Assembly: GCA_973895155.1 (NCBI GenBank)
Contig: OZ316891.1
Span: forward strand, 25,543,899 to 25,607,898
Origin: Marsupella aquatica
Lineage: Eukaryota; Plantae; Marchantiophyta
Reading direction: 5' to 3'
DNA: 64,000 nucleotides
Every line of letters begins with the position of its first letter. Within the stretch, counting starts at the first letter, position 1. Position numbers and translations under genes: made by a program. Below are positions 38,952 through 51,383 of the stretch, in pieces. Below the pieces are notes generated by a model, which did not search any database, was not told where the DNA came from, and saw only the letters and a list, made by a program, of their open reading frames with translations.

Positions 38952-39223
38952 TTCCCGACAGGACTATCGAGTCAGCTATAGCGGAATGGGACAGCCAGGA
39001 CAGACGGCTTGTCAAGCTCGCGTGGGAGGAAGCTTTGGCATATTTCTCGCCGGAGAAGTTAACCCTTCCGTGCTACGCTGCTGATACCTATCATGAAGAA
39101 ATAGTGCCTCGCTGTGTACAAGAGAGAAAAAGGAAAACTCTCAAATTTGTCGATGATAGGGCAAAAGAAGCTCAATCGGATGAGAGTAGCTCGGTAGGAA
39201 GTGACAGTCTCCAAACTCACCAT
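38952..39223 (+). CDS. Internal exon, probably continuing the ParB/MTase-like gene
   Basis: The acceptor gcag|TTCCCGAC matches the phase-1 donor ACA T|gtaag near 37546; open frame PDRTIESAIAEWD... Confidence 0.45.
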
Positions 39224-39373
39224 GTAAGTATAAGATTATCAAGCTCCAGTTCCGAAGAGTAATGTTTGAATGAATTTACCTTCATTGCAGCTCAGGAGAG
39301 ACCTGAGCAACCAGTGAATGAGGGGCTGACTCCCCGGGCAGGAGTGAAAGAGGTGGGGCTTGAAAACAAATGA

Positions 39374-40069
39374 GTGCCCGCACAACAGCAACCATCCAAA
39401 TTTTTGGCGATAGTGAAGAAGGCATTGGACCCCAAGGCGGACCAAAAAGAGGTCATAGTGACAATCGAGGACGTGCACTTGACGAGGGCACATTTAAAAT
39501 GCTTGAGGCCAAAAAAATGGATCACTTGCGACGTCATCAATGCTTACATTGCTTTACTGGAACAAAGAGCACAAACCCTTCATAAACCCAAGGCCATGTT
39601 ATTGCCAACACATTTTTACCAAGTGATGACATCTCCGGAATATAACTTCAACGCAGCGTTGGCATATTGGCGGGGCATTCAAATGTGGGAGCACGAGTAC
39701 ATTTTAATCCTCGTCTACTGGCCAAAACACTGGGTACTAGTTGTGGTTGATACTGCCTTGCGGCAACTGCATTTACTTGATCCGCTTGTGCCCGAAGCAC
39801 ATGATGGCACAAAAGTGTTCAAAGTAGCTCAGTTTCTTTCGGACCTCTCCATCTTGCGGGGTCGTACCTTGTTATGTCCATTAGAATGGCCACGCATTTA
39901 CCGAGATAACATTCCAGGTCAAGGGGATGATTACAATTGTGGTGTATATATCATTAACTACATGGAGCGTATTTCTGGAGGCGGCGTACTGAACTTTGAC
40001 CCTGCACTTATAGACATCATGCGGCAAAAGATTGTTGTGGACCTTGTCTGCCAGACAATTACCCTGTAG
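39374..40069 (+). CDS. Ulp1/C48 SUMO-protease domain
   Basis: WITCDVINAYI, PTHFY, KHWVLVVVD, LDPL and GQGDDYNCGVYI give an intact His-Asp-Cys triad and the oxyanion Gln. Confidence 0.92.
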   Translation: MPAQQQPSKFLAIVKKALDPKADQKEVIVTIEDVHLTRAHLKCLRPKKWITCDVINAYIALLEQRAQTLHKPKAMLLPTHFYQVMTSPEYNFNAALAYWRGIQMWEHEYILILVYWPKHWVLVVVDTALRQLHLLDPLVPEAHDGTKVFKVAQFLSDLSILRGRTLLCPLEWPRIYRDNIPGQGDDYNCGVYIINYMERISGGGVLNFDPALIDIMRQKIVVDLVCQTITL

Positions 40070-40738
40070 AGAGGATGGAAGATGGAGACGCAGCCTAGTG
40101 GAATTTAGTTCAGAAAATTGAGATAGACAACATCGTTGTAAAGTACAAAGTTTAATAAAAAGTGTGTCATCCAAACGTTCTTAATGTGGCTCCTATTTGA
40201 TATGCTATCTTGTACACGTTGCTGGGTATGTTTTCATCTTGGCGAGCTCAGCCGAGATGGAACAACACTCCAAGGATATCTCAGAGAGGGCGCCAAGATG
40301 GTCAGAGAGGCAGCCGACATTACTAATTGTCCGAACCAAAACAATGTCGGAGTGGACTCCGACATAGGGTTTGACTGTGGGTGTGAATTAAGTCCATGTC
40401 GGCGGCGTCGCTGAGTTTCGGGCATAGACTGATATCAGTGACTGATGAAAGTCACTGATAACTGATGAAGTTGTGTACCTCGGACGTAGATTGTGTTACC
40501 GTGTCTTAAACGATGTAAACGTTTATTTAACCATTCTTCTGATGACGTTCAAAGTTTCAATCAACGTTACTCACAAAACACATTACAAATATAAATTGCC
40601 TGGGAGGGACTTTTTATTCATGCGCTCAGAAACATACAACGTGCACATAAGGCATGAGTCTGACTCCAGTCTAAACTGATTCCAATCCTAGGCAAATGAT
40701 GCTCCTCCGTCTCCAACTGACCTTGGCACTAGTGTAGC

Positions 40739-41299
40739 TTAAGGGGTCCCTTCACCAGACCAGTAGTACTCCTCATCTGCCTTCCTCTTTTTGTACAAAT
40801 CATGCCTATTGCTGGCGTTCCATTTCTTGCGGACCACTGCTTCACCAACCTTCAGGCTTTCAGCCTCAATCTCAGCTGCACAGCTTTCCTTGTAGTCATA
40901 CATCACAATATCAAGTTCAGTCGGTGACAACTAACATTTAGCCAACTTTGGTGGACAAGCCTCACCATCATCATCCTTGGGCGTATCGTCCAGCATCAAA
41001 TCGTCCCCTAGATGCAACAAAAACTCTTCTGGGTCCAACTCCTTATTGCCCAGAATGGAGTACTGTACCCAACAAATCGAGATGAAATGCACGGACTCTG
41101 CAAAGTGCTCGATCAATCCAGGATAGTCACTGAAGTGCTCTGTGACTTGTTTCCAGGTATTGGCAAGCAAGTATTCCGTCTTTGAGTTACAAAACTTGTC
41201 TATCACACCTCCACGACAAAAAAAGCCACGAACAGTCTTGTCTTCTTCACCTAGCAGAAGAAAACAACAGTGGACATCCTTGAATATCTTACGCACCAT
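40739..41299 (-). pseudogene. BRCT-domain-like small protein with an in-frame stop at 40931
   Basis: IFKDVHCCF...FCRGGVI...KTEYLLA...ISICWVQYSI...ELDPEEFLL fits the BRCT pattern (GG turn, WxxxS). ORF 40739-40930 continues in frame. Confidence 0.55.
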
Positions 41300-41449
41300 A
41301 GCTGAAGACTTTCAATCTCACTCTACAAATTCTGTGCACTATCGTACCGGTAGGACATCTGAAATCATGAATGACCTGTGCAGTGAGGTCCCAGTAGCCT
41401 TGCCCCAAAAACTCCCGCAAAAAACCTTACGCATGCCAATTGGATTCCA

Positions 41450-41795
41450 TTAACGTCGTTGCCCACATTGGTCATATAAATCTAACATCGCCCAACATCC
41501 ATTATACGTCGTCATAGCATAGTATCCGTTATAGCCACGTCTGAAACGACGTACATCTATACGTCGACCCAACCCTATTCTGCTACACCGTCTGGGATGA
41601 CGACTACATGTTTGCCTCGTTATAAAAGACGTTAATAGCCCTATTGGGAGATACGTTAAATTAAAGACCCTCTAGACGACGTAAAATGGGAAGGAAAGTC
41701 AAATGGGTAAACCCATTTTGGGTTACGACGTAGAGGGAGATGTACTGGGGAGTAACGCCGTGTCACATGACGCGAAAGGAAGTCATGATGTAGTG
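41450..41795. mobile_element. Orphan CACTA right terminus A
   Basis: Ends ...agtcatgatgtagtg (reverse complement CACTACATCATGACT) with subterminal acgacgt/acgtcgt repeats. No matching left end found. Confidence 0.55.
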
Positions 41796-41933
41796 AAATG
41801 TAGTTGTGATATTGGGGTCTATATGTATATATTCATTTTAGGGGCTTGAGTACCCTTTTTGGCCATGCATGGGTTCAAATTAGATCTATGTTGCATGGTT
41901 TTTTCAATAAGCTCCAAAATGCCTCCAAAACAC

Positions 41934-41973
41934 CCCTACACCTAACCCTAACCCTCACCCTAACCCTAACCCA
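41934..41973. repeat. Short (CCCTAA)n telomere-like tract
   Basis: ccctacacctaaccctaaccctcaccctaaccctaaccc. Confidence 0.7.
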
Positions 41974-42009
41974 CTAAATATGCTAATAAGCGTGGCATCC
42001 CCGCTTCCC

Positions 42010-42468
42010 AAAGCACTCTTTCCGATGCCATTCTGATACTTAAATCATCCCACTCCATCCAACCAAAACCACGACCTTCCGATGCACTTTGTATTGGACT
42101 TCCCCATTCCAGAACATTCGGATCTTCCGAATCTTACCGCATTGGAACTTGCAAAACTACTAATATTGGATATTTCGATGTCTTAACAAACGGACAATAA
42201 TCGGACACAAATTAAACAGAATGGGCGACAAAGTAGTGGTCCGACACTTCCGGCATCGGATAGTAAAATATCCGATATTTAAGATTATGGATGGTCTGAT
42301 GAAGGTAATATCGGTGTTTCTGATACTTGTCCGATGGTCTATATCCGATGTGCAGAAAATGGCATGTTCTGATGTTGTAGTAATCGGAAGTTCCAAAAAT
42401 CTGGCTGCAAGTTGCCGAAGGATTTCGATACTTTCATTGTCGGAAAAGGGCGATAAAATGTACTAGTG
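42010..42468. mobile_element. Orphan CACTA right terminus B
   Basis: Ends ...gataaaatgtactagtg (reverse complement CACTAGTACATTTTATC) with dense tccga/tcgga subterminal repeats. No matching left end found. Confidence 0.6.
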
Positions 42469-42892
42469 AGAGTTGGCCACAAAAGATGTAATTAGTAGTG
42501 AGCTATATGATTGGATTTAAATAACTGTCTATACTTCTGAACTTCTCATCAGAGTCCTTCATTTGCCTACCCTTTTTTTATGCGCAAAAATTTGCCTTCT
42601 CCAATGTCTTTGAGAATCATTGATATCCTTTTCCTTCCTCTTGTTTATCTGCAACAGCTTTTAAGTACATTGCCACTAAAGATCTTTGGATTTACAATCC
42701 TGCCACTTTTTTTTGTGTTTACAAAAATGCCACGGTTTCCGTATATAGCTCCCCTAGTTACCTTGGTAAACTTATCGTCCATATACAAAACCGTGGCATT
42801 TTTATAAATACAAAAAAAAACAGTGGCAGTATTGTCAATTAGCATATCTTTAGTGGCAAACTACTTAAAAGCTGTTATCTGCAAATAACACT

Positions 42893-42983
42893 TCAAGTAC
42901 AGATTACAATCTAAACTAGATGCTATTAAAACATTTTGTGGAACCATGGAAGGCTAAAACAACAGTTCAAGTACAGATTAGAA
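42893..42983. repeat. 74-bp tandem repeat, left part, interrupted by the CACTA
   Basis: tcaagtacagatta at 42893 and 42967; the register resumes exactly at 61521-61650. Confidence 0.9.
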
Positions 42984-44139
42984 CACTAGAAGGAAATTGG
43001 AATTTTATCACTACCTAATTCACTTGTTTCAGAGTAATAACGGGCAATTTATAACTCAATGGTTTGAGTGCACTAATGTTAGTCGCTTTAGACAACTAGT
43101 GGTATTGAGCATAAAGTCATTTATAACAAGAACTCAAAACGTATGAGTGTTTTATGTCACCGTCACTTTCAAACCCAACCGTCTTAAATAACTAGAAAAA
43201 TAATAGTTGTTTAAATTTTGCCCAAAACAACTACTATTGTGAAATTTTTTAACAAATGATACCTAGACATGTGGCGATCTCCACAATCCTTGGGGATGAC
43301 ATTTGTCAAAAGTCAATTGTGGTCAATGCACCTTGAACCTTAAACAACTTATTTCATGACTAGCATTCAAGTATAAATTATATAGCCCTTGCCAATATAT
43401 GACTAGATTTTGAGTGTGAAAGATACTTTGTGTCACACATTTAATACTAGTTATATGACTAGAATTGAAGTCATAACCAAAACACCTTTTAGACTTGTCC
43501 TATCACTAAATTTGAAGTGATAACATGAAATATTTTGATATACTTACTACATGTTATATAACTAAGTTTGATGTAGTAAAGATATATTATTTTGCAATTT
43601 AAGTACTTGTTATATATCTCAAATTGAAGTAGTAATTGTAGAGCTTTTGTTATTTGTTATATGACCCTATCTATAGAAGTATCATTCAATACATTATTAC
43701 TTGCTATATGACTACATCTTAAATATTATAGATTGCTATTCTACAACTTTAAAATGGGTGACAAACATCATATCAATGACAACTATAGTCATAGTAGTAT
43801 GACCATAGTCTAGTATCACTGCAATTATAATGATTTGGGTGTATTATAGAACTTGAATGATAGTACATTGAAGTGTATTGATCAGTAGATTTGGGTGTAT
43901 TATAGAACTTGAATGAAAGTACATTGGAGTGTATTGATCACTAGATTTAGAGTCATTAGTTTTAGAGTTCTAAACCCTAAAATGTAAGCACTCACAATAA
44001 CAAAAATCTCACATGATTGTCTCATATACAAAATCAGCAAACTCATATAAATCATCATTTCAAACATCAACAAAATTCCAGAGTAATCCACATCTGGGAA
44101 TCCAAAAACTGAGAGTTATAGTTGCACAATAGTATCCAT

Positions 44140-47100
44140 GCTACCTATAGGAACCCATATACTTCTTCAATCACATGGATTCTCTATTGCAAGCACTACT
44201 CAATTATCAAATCCTACTTCCTCATTAACTTCAAATGAGTGCCCCTTCACATGTTTGAGGGCTACCAAGCCTTCTGGGTGCTTTTCTTGGAGAGGTGCAT
44301 CTCCATTCAAAATAGAAACAGCTTTGACAATCAAGAAGCCAATAGGAACTGGGTTGTCATAATATCGATCAACTCCACATACTCCATCAATTTTTGCAAT
44401 AGCAATCACCTGCTGATCCACCGGTGACTTCAATTTCACCATGTCTCCTACTTTAAACTGTTTTGCACACATCAACAAGATAACACAGTCATTTCATTAG
44501 ACTCATACAATCATTTCATTAGGCTTGTTAATGACAAGTTACAGCAAATAAATGAATAAGACATGTATTGAAAGCAATAATTCGCTTTTGCTCGCCTTCA
44601 AGACAAAGGTGAAGGTACCAACTTTGGAAACTCTGCAAGCATGGCTTCTTCAGATGACTTTGTACAAACAGCTTCAGGTGTCACAACTTCAGTTATCTTC
44701 TGCAAAACAGATTAGGGTGAGACAACTTACATAAGCATGCCCTACTAGGTTCACATTACAAATTCATGGGATAATGAACACATTAATAATCACCACTTAC
44801 TTTGCCTGCTTGATCATGCTGCGCAGGCGAACTGTATACCACCTCTGTTTCTTCATTGATCTCTTGTTTCACAATCACTGGGTCGACAACATTGTATTCC
44901 GCATCAGCATTGACATCAATCCCCTGATCATCTTCAACTGCCCATAAACATTTCAAGACATTAGAAAACATTCACTAATCCAAGTCATGCATGCATTACA
45001 CTACTTTAATTGTCCTCTATAAAGAACATACCTTCTTTGGTCAAGTCCACCAAAAAGTCTAGTTTCACAGCTGAAGTACTACGGCCTGAATGACTTTTCA
45101 GGCCCGATTGACTTTTCATAACTGAACTCATTTGTGAGGGCATTGAAGACGGTCCTGGCCCAACTGGGACAGTTCTGATTTCTTCCACATCTTCACTATG
45201 GTTCTGTTTTGCCAAAACTGTTACTATTTTGTCAAACCCAACACTCATCCCAGTACTTATCCCAATATTTATTGCATCCACAATTTTAGTCAACATAAGA
45301 TAACCATCGTCTTCCATCGTAGCCTTGGAAATTGGTGTCTACAACCATTGACCAATCATACAAAAGTTAGTGGATATCACATAGCTTTCACTGGCAATTT
45401 GGAAATCACAAATTGGGCTTGTGAACTATACTCACAATTGACTTTCTACCTCTCCGATGAGATGGTGTGGCCTGTCCTATGACAGATCTCACACTTGATG
45501 GATTAATTCTATCATCTCTGGAACGTAGCTCTGACAGAGGTGGACTTTCCCCTATTTTTCTCTTCTGAACAATGAAACCAAATAAAACATATCAGAATGA
45601 AACTTCTTGCTTCTTTGCATACCAATTGCTAAAACAGAGGAAGACACATGTTGTAAGCCTACTTGTTGTTTACAAACATTCATAATAACTATAAATGAAT
45701 CTTGTATACTTACAAAGTCAGACTCCTTCCCACGGTAGCCACCTCGTCCAACCCTTGATGGGTTAATGACTTTAGATCTTGCATACTTCATCTTGTCAAT
45801 GCTAGACATCCCTTCTGGAGACAGCCACCACTCACACAATGCCTTCCAATGTTCAGGTTTCATATTCTCAGGGGGCTTCTTGTCCAGGCGTCTCCCACCT
45901 TCCTGAAAATGTTTGTGGAGTCTTGCTCGCTGTGCTTTCATTACTGGTGAACAATGAGACCTAAACTTCTTCATTGACAGAGTCCCCTATAGATAGTCCC
46001 AATCATTCTCCAACACAGCATAAATATGAAGAAGAACCCCTGAGTCTTGCTTCTTAATCTCACGGATAGAAGGATTCAGTTTACCCATACACACAGCACG
46101 AAGATCATCTCCCCAACGTGCCCAATATGGATCACTAGGATCAACATCATTGTTCCAAATCTGCACACAATGCATCATAAGAAAACAATAACAGAGGACA
46201 AACAATAAATCACAAACATGATCTTTCACAAGCAACATACAGTGATTGCAGCTTTCTTCATGCCCAACTTGCGACGCACGCTTGTGTTCTCTTCCCATTG
46301 CTTCTTTGCAGCACGAGATGATTATCGTACATATGTCTATTTTGATCTTTCTGTGACAATTCCATCATCCGGATCACGAGTAGATGCTTTTGGCAAGGGT
46401 GTCACTACCACAACCAACCAAAGAGATCCTGTTAGCAAGTCAAACATTAATGTAACTAGTGACAGTCAATCTGCAATTATGAGAATCTCTGAACTCGGGA
46501 ATCACTTGGCAAGTCAAAAACAAGCTCATGGCAAATGAGGTAATGAATAATTACTTACATAAACTCACTTCTTTTGTCCTAGGATCCATATAATATTTAG
46601 CTCTTGACTGTCGGGGAGCCTGTGGATGACACTGTGCACATTCAAATAATTAGTAACACTAGCACCACATCAAAATATACAGAAATTGGACAATTAATGC
46701 AATTAGCTTCAATTGAAGTGAGTCTTCTCCTACCTTACGTGGCTCTTCAACACCATCTGATTCAACGCCATCACTTAAACCTGCCCCATAGTTTGTGTCA
46801 GCTGACTGTTCAGACCCATCACTCCCACTGTTGTCACTCTCCATGATTTTCTCCAAGTGCCTGCCAAGTAATTGTGAACTCCTACGCTTTGCTTTAGATG
46901 GCTGATTCTGTTCAGTCTTCTTTGACAACTTAGATAGACGCTTATATGCACCTTGCCTCTCCCTATAAACTGCAATCACCCTGACAATGTCATGAGTGTG
47001 AACCATTAGTAATAAAGTCAAGGCATAAATTGAAAACTATATAGGGATAGAGTACATACTTTAAATCACTTGCAGTAGTTCCTGCGAACTGGTCAAGTAT

Positions 47101-47181
47101 AGCTTTGTTGGCTGCTATGTTCCTATTCCTCTGTGCCTCATAGGCATTCTCAAAACCTTTCACCCCAGACCAATCATGCAT
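44140..47181 (-). pseudogene. Multi-exon TnpA-like (ORF2) gene of the CACTA
   Basis: KPPENMKPEHWKALCEWWLSPEG...ARSKVINPSRVGRGGY is Transposase_24-like; C-terminal FKVGDMVKLKS...AIAKI beta domain; YEAQRNRNIAANK at the N-terminus. Exon boundaries are approximate. Confidence 0.7.
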
Positions 47182-47255
47182 TTCAATTCAAAACTGCATA
47201 AAAAAACACTATCACCAAAGAGCAATCAGTACTTCCTGCCCCAAGAGGCACATTC

Positions 47256-50200
47256 TCACTCTTCATCTGAATCTTCTTCATCTTCCCAGACATCATCATC
47301 ATCACTATCACTTCTTGTCAACACTGCCATCTCCTGAAAAACTACAATTTCTCCTTCATCCAAGGACACTCGTCTGTTAGCTGCTGCAACAAGCTCAGCC
47401 TCAACAACCTCATGATGATCCACAAGATCATTAAACTCAAGGTCATTTATACCCTCAACAACTCGTCGAGACCTCCCTTCCTTATGGAGAACATGTCTCC
47501 AAGAGGCCCTGGCTGTTTGGGTAGAAGAAAACCTGCTCAATTTGACTGGGCAAGACATAATCTAATTTCTCAGCTGAGGGATAAGGCATATTAAAATTAG
47601 CAAGCCATAGGCCAGTCTCATCATGTTTCATTGATGGATTAGACCTCTCCTCTCCCCACTTAGACCGCACCCATTTTGCCTTCAAGATTATGGCTGGTTC
47701 AGAATGTAACAGAGGTCCATAGTCAAGCACAAGTATCTGTGTTAGAACCCCCACATATGTAAGCTTGGCCAAATTCACCCCAATTTCTTCCCTGATCTGC
47801 TCATGGAAAGTTGTGGCCACCCCTGAATCGAATGTAGCATATCCTTGACAATCAGTGTCCCTGAGAGTGGACATCTCACGCCATTCACCATTCCTATCTT
47901 TGCAGCGCATCACTCTGTAATGGTTCCCAAAGCCTTCATTGAATTGTAAGACAAAGCCTTCTATCTTGGTGGAAAAGAAATTGCAGTCAACAACAACTTG
48001 CTTGACAACTTGTCCTCATTGTCATCCAGGTTAGCCTTGTGTATTGTATCCCTGAACCACACTCCAAAAGGAATGGAAGCAAATTCAGCAGGACAGGCCA
48101 TTGCTTGACGTCTGCCTCGTCGTCGTTCTGCATTATTCTGTCTTACAACAACTTCCCTTTCTATCCTTCGCTCCTCCTCTTCTGACTCATACAACCTTCC
48201 AAGCAAGCAAAGAACAATGTCAGATATCATAAAAGAAATACTGTCATATTGTGAAAACGCATTTAGAACTACATTACTGAACACTGAGACAGCCATAAAC
48301 AAAATGATGTAGTGATCATGTACCTGAGCCATGGTGCAACCTGTACATGGTTCTGTAGGTAATAGGTGTGGGCAGCATCTCGGTCAGCAACAGTTAGAGA
48401 CAGTTTACTTGAGGCCCCTTCCAGGACCACACCTTTAAACCCTGCCTCTTCTTCAGAGTCCCAGACCTGCTGCCGAGTTACTTGGCACTGAACCATATAC
48501 TCTGTGAGAAATCCCAATGCCTCCTCTAGGATATAACCCTCAGCCATAGATGCCTCTGGTTGTGCCCTGTTTCTTACAAAACCCTTTAGGTTTTTCAGGT
48601 ATCTCTCGATTGGATACATCCACCGTTGTGATACAGGTCCACATATATCTAGCTCTTCCACTATATGCACCATCAAATGTGCCATGACATCAAAAAACAA
48701 AGCTGGAAAATGCATTTCCAGAGCACACAAAGTATGTGCCACATCTGTCATCAGTTCATCCTTAGTGCTAGGGTCCCAGACCTTACAGCAAATTTTACGC
48801 CACACACGGCACACACTAATGATAGCCATTTGAGGTCCTGTTGCCATCAAGTCCTTCAATGCCAAGGGAAGTATCTGCTGCATCAGGCAATGGTAGTCAT
48901 GAGACTTGAGACCAGCCAACTTATTGCTAGCTCTCACACACTTTGCCAATGAGCTACCAAAATCTGTGGGAACTTTCAAGTTCTTCAAAGTGCCCAGAAA
49001 CTTCTCCAGCTCTGGTTTGCTCATCACATAGGGCGCCTTGGGCTTCACAAAGTGATCCTTCTTATTGTTTGGATGAGGCTTCATCCATAGCTGCTCGTGA
49101 ATGCCTTCAGCCTCCATATCATTCCGCACAGCAGTGGTATCCTTCTTCCCAGAAGTAGTGTGAATCAAATTCTGAGCAATGTTCTTCTCTGTGTGCATGG
49201 GATCCAGCACATGGTTGATCAGAAGTTTCTGCATGCAAACAACAAAAAGCAAATCAGTCCAACTGCAAATTGACATGTGTGTACAATGCTGGTTGCAATA
49301 TCTTCAAGTAAAAAACGTGAATGCAAGTGTGATTTTACTCACTGACTAGTATGGCAGCTTTGCAAGACCTTGTGTCCTCTTCACCCCATGAAGCTTCAAA
49401 GGACAGTTCTTGCTTCCTTGTTTGGCCCCAGGTGTTTTCAAGTACTCTTCCACCTCAGCAGCAAAGGCTAATTTTTGCTCACAAGTCATCCTTGGGGGAG
49501 GCCCCCGTGGCTTGCACTCCCCATCAAATTTTGCTGCAAACTTTGGGAGCGGTACTTATGGTTCTCCTCCAACCACCTTCTACTCCCCAGAAATACATTC
49601 TTGGATAGAGCAGCAGACCTTCTGCAGCTCACATTGGGACCACACACAATGCATCCATGATATCCTTTTGTGACTTGACCCGATATGAGACCCAAAGCTG
49701 GATAGTCATTCACTGTCCACAATAGAATGGCCCGCAGATTGAACCACTTATTCAGGCCAGGCCTATCAAGTGAATCAAAGCATGGAACTCCCTCCCAGAG
49801 CTCCAAAAGCTCCTCCAACAATGGAGCCATGTAAATGTCAATGTTGCGGTCAGTCATTGAATCAGGCCCAGGGATCAGCAAAGATAACATAATGAAGAAC
49901 TTCTTGGTGGACAACCAAGGGGGAAAATTGTAATTCAACAATACCACAGGCCACGTAGAATGCTTGAGGTTGTTTTCCCCAAAGGGATTCACACCATCCA
50001 GAGCCAATCCAAGGTGTACATTGCGAGGCTCTGCTTCAAATGTTGGATCAATTGTTGTATCAATCTCCTTCCATGCCCTAGAATCTGCAACATGCCGGAC
50101 CTTTCCATCTGTGCTTTTACTGTCCTTATGCCATGTCATCAACTCTGAAATAGCCTTGCACTTGTACATTCGTTTCAACCTGGGTATGAGGGGGAAATGT

Positions 50201-51012
50201 CGAAGGACTTTCACAGGTTGCTTTGATTGCCCAACCTGCTTATACCTAGGCTTTTTGCATAGTGGACACTCATCGCAATCAGCATGCTCCTTTCTGAATA
50301 GGACACATCCATCCTCACAAGCATGAATTTTGACATAATCCAAGCCAGCATGACTGATTAGCTTCTTGCATGCATACAGGTTTTTAGGCAGCAGATTCTT
50401 AGCAGGCATCAACTGTTTCCCCATCAACGAAAGCAGTTCATCAACTCCAGAGTTGGTGAAACCATGATTATGGCATGTGTTTAGAAATGTCAACACAAAT
50501 GACAATTGGGAAGTAGTGGACCCCTCATACAAAGGGGCACACGCCTCTTCAAATGCTTGCATAATCTTCTCCTCTGCCTGTTGGTCCCAAATCTGAGTTG
50601 CTTCTCCAGATGTACTGTCCGCCTCCAGAAGATCATCCATGTTGAAGAGACCATCTTCACTTTCCTACAGAGTGGGCTCCTTTGCAGTGGTTTCTTGGAC
50701 AGGTTCACTGGCATTAGCAGTTTCACTTGGTATTGCCAGGTCCTCTAGTATCCCAGGGATATCTATGCCACAGTCCATATCATTGGCAAGTTCCTCTGCA
50801 CATCTTGCATTGTCCACAGGGCCCTCAAATGCACCATCCCCCTCCATGCAGCGTGCATTCCACTCATCATCAGAAGAGTCACAGTCCTCTCCCCACCAAT
50901 ACCTTTGCAATGGGTGGCGAGAATTCTGAATGAGGTGCTTTTTGACCGTCCCTAGACTCACACGATTACCCCTACAGTTGCAAATGTAGCAAGGACATTT
51001 TATCTTTGTCAT
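47256..51012 (-). pseudogene. tnpD: CACTA transposase (TnpD), spliced and frameshifted
   Basis: CPCYIC...HL transposase-associated motif; LALDGVNPF; VNDYPAL; LDPMHTEKN; GLKSHDYH; WMYPIERY; a DUF4216-like tail (PSQIEQVFFY). Confidence 0.93.
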
Positions 51013-51383
51013 CCCAGCAGCTCTACAAGCTGCAGTCTATTGACGCCATAACTTATCATCCCTCCTATTCAAGTCATCTTGACTACCACAAAAGTTCCTC
51101 AACATTATTTCAGCCGATTCAAGTCAATCCAATCAACGTCTTCCACTCAATTTGCCAAAATGCAGAGGACCCACGTACCTTGCAACCTCTGCAAGCTCTC
51201 TGGATACTGCAATCCTCCACTCTAATGGTACCAGCACTGGACTCCACAACTCTAGGCTACTCTGCACGTACATCCATGACCATATCAGAATACAATCACC
51301 TATAGTCATAGAAACCCACTCCACTAGAGTGATATCATATCTTTGAACATATTGTCAGATCAGTACAAATACCATTCCTGTGC

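Larger units (their letters stand above)
21422..40472. mobile_element. ~19-kb Mutator-like (MULE) DNA transposon with cargo genes
   Basis: TIR aac[a/t]tcatcagttatcagtgact matches 22/23 between 21422-21444 and 40450-40472. It contains a MULE DDE/SWIM transposase and Ulp1, and shares a palindromic motif throughout. No 8-10-bp TSD. Confidence 0.8.
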
